Positions 62,101-64,000 of a DNA stretch of 64,000 bases are shown here, piece by piece. The notes beneath the pieces are model-generated. The model ran no database searches, had not been told where the DNA came from, and saw only the letters and a list, made by a program, of their open reading frames with translations. This DNA comes from Trichosphaerium sp. ATCC 40318. Lineage: Eukaryota > Protista > Tubulinea. The position numbers and the translations under genes were made by a program. Each line of letters starts with the position of its first letter. The first letter of the stretch is position 1. The DNA is taken from positions 1-64,000 of the forward strand of contig JALMLS010000474.1 of NCBI GenBank assembly GCA_038496445.1. The letters run 5' to 3'.

Positions 62101-64000
62101 ATGATACCAACACAAGTATTACCGCTCCAGCTTCCAAAGACTAGCGTGTTAAACCATAAGGCCGCTTTTGGTACTGTTGATGAAACAACTGCCAATACAC
62201 TCGGTAAAATTGCCGAGGCGAGGCAAAACATCATTATAGCGAGTGATAGAGCATATTCTGACTCAGCAATACGCGTTAGTATTTTAGAAATTGTACAACG
62301 AACGCTTAATCTTGTTAATAGGGCGTGGGACAGTATTTACCGAGCTTGTTTGGACTTGTGCGTTTCTTGAATTTACAAGCAACACTAACGTGGCGTAGAT
62401 GGATAAAATTAAGGAATTCAAGCCCGAGAACACCAAAAAACTGAGTATGTCGCCCCAACGTCTTTTTTTATGTTAGAAAATCCGTGACAGGTCCAAAAAA
62501 CGCCATGAGCGTCAGCAACGTCGAATGGCGACCTAGTGTAAGCTTACAGTTAACTTACTATTATTCAGAGATTATGTGGTCATCCACGTTATCCGAGCGT
62601 AATAAAGACAAGCAATTATCTTGTACTGATTGGAACTACGAAGTGACACAGGTGTTAATGGTAAATACACATTTTTTTTTGAGCAATTCAAAATCAGTTC
62701 AAAATGATAACACTTTATTAGTTGTATGCCCTGTTACATCGTAAATGTGCGGCAGAAAAATTGAGTGTACTATCAAATGAAACTTTCGCTGAAGGATCAA
62801 AAGAGGTAGCCTCAAAATACAACAATTGTTTCTACATTTTTTTTGATTTATTTTTTTCTTTCAGGTTTGTAAGTATCTTCAGACTGCAGCAGGTGTATTT
62901 CGATATGTAAGAGATGAAATTATATCTGAGTGGGTACGCGTCATGGATAAATTATTTGAAAGAATTAAGTATTTTGACAACCTTTGACATTCCTGTTTTT
63001 TTCGTGTTTTTGTTTTAAAATTCTCTTTTTCTATTAGTTATCCACACAAGTATCTTATATTTTATTCAGGCAGTAGACCCAAAACAATTGAAGATACCAG
63101 AGGCTTTTGGAGACTCGTTTTTGATACTAGAAAAGTATGAATATTTTTATTTATTCGCTACTCGCGTAGCCCACTTTTTAATGTTTATTGTTGCTACGTC
63201 TTACACCAAATGGTTTGCTAACCACCTTTGTAGTATTTGTACATTTGAAAGCCAACAAGTAATCATTAGAAAAGCGTGCATGAGTAAAGCGAAACCAATC
63301 ATTTTAGCTACATTATCAGCAGAGAACTATAAGTTAATGCGAGAGTCTCTGGATCTTTGGCAAAGTAAGTTCTACAGGATTTTTTTTGAACAACGTTTAC
63401 GCGGAGTGTTACTCACTTATCTGCTTTTTCTAGCTATTGTTAAGAATGATGTTATTAAAGATGAAAAGTTTATGGTTCCGAATATTGAGCTTTACTTGCG
63501 TCTCATGTGTGATTACTGCCACGCATTGACTAATTTCTTCACTGCAGAACATAATAAGGATATAGGGTATGTTTTTGCTAACCGCGCGTAGCTCGTGCAT
63601 GCCGCGAATGAAAAAACTTTTTTTCATTCATGAATATCTAACTTGTTTGAAGGAAACCAGGTGTTGCAGTAGGCTATTTCAAACAAGCAATGGCCATATT
63701 AAATAATAACACTGTTCTACACCCAGCACCATCCGGCTATTTCTCTTCACCGCCACAACTTGACGAATTTATGAAAAGCGTTAAATATGATGTAGAAAGC
63801 CATGTTTTACAAATACAAGCTAAGAGTAAAGAGTGCGTAGTAGATCTTACAGGCTTAACCCTTAAAAATGGTACTCACTTAACCTGATAATCCGTTTTAG
63901 GTGCGAAGTAGATAACAAAGTTATTTACCACGAAGAAGTAATAACAAAGGGCCTTACGCTAACAGAAGGTAAACTAATAGCGAAACCTATACTTTTCGAA
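62101..64000 (+). CDS. BRO1-domain protein (BROX-like), runs off the window
   Basis: WSSTLS...DWNYE, CKYLQTAAGVFRY, GVAVGYFKQA, EVDNKVIYHEEV. Confidence 0.7.

Noticed and set aside
1-64000. Alternative genetic code explaining the fragmented ORFs
   Set aside because: Removing short introns yields open frames under the standard code, and TAA, TAG and TGA all end genes.

Overview
Eukaryotic nuclear DNA (roughly one-third GC by eye), gene-dense, with many short spliceosomal introns (mostly 45-120 nt, GTACGT-type donors, frequent AAG acceptors). The gene set (myosin I with TH1+SH3, Zn2Cys6 factor, F-box-ankyrin, F-box-LRR) suggests an amoeboid protist; this is an inference. Housekeeping genes lie at both ends: an importin-13/transportin-3-like gene at the start, and myosin I, an mL38-like PEBP and a BRO1-domain gene at the end. 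Between them is an accessory region: three RCC1-propeller/SAM-like paralogues with codon-level hypervariability plus two relic fragments; three intronless F-box-LRR genes; a tandemly duplicated secreted protein; an intact spliced gene encoding only the ATPase/transducer module of topoisomerase II; an LPMO-like protein; a divergent Rab7-like GTPase; a Sola-like DDD transposase; and a heme peroxidase-GDPH fusion with an AT-AC (U12-type) intron. Non-coding signals are a strong excess of CACGTG, a circularly permuted tRNA-like fold and small inverted-repeat elements. Gene models were spliced by eye, so boundaries may be off by a few nt.
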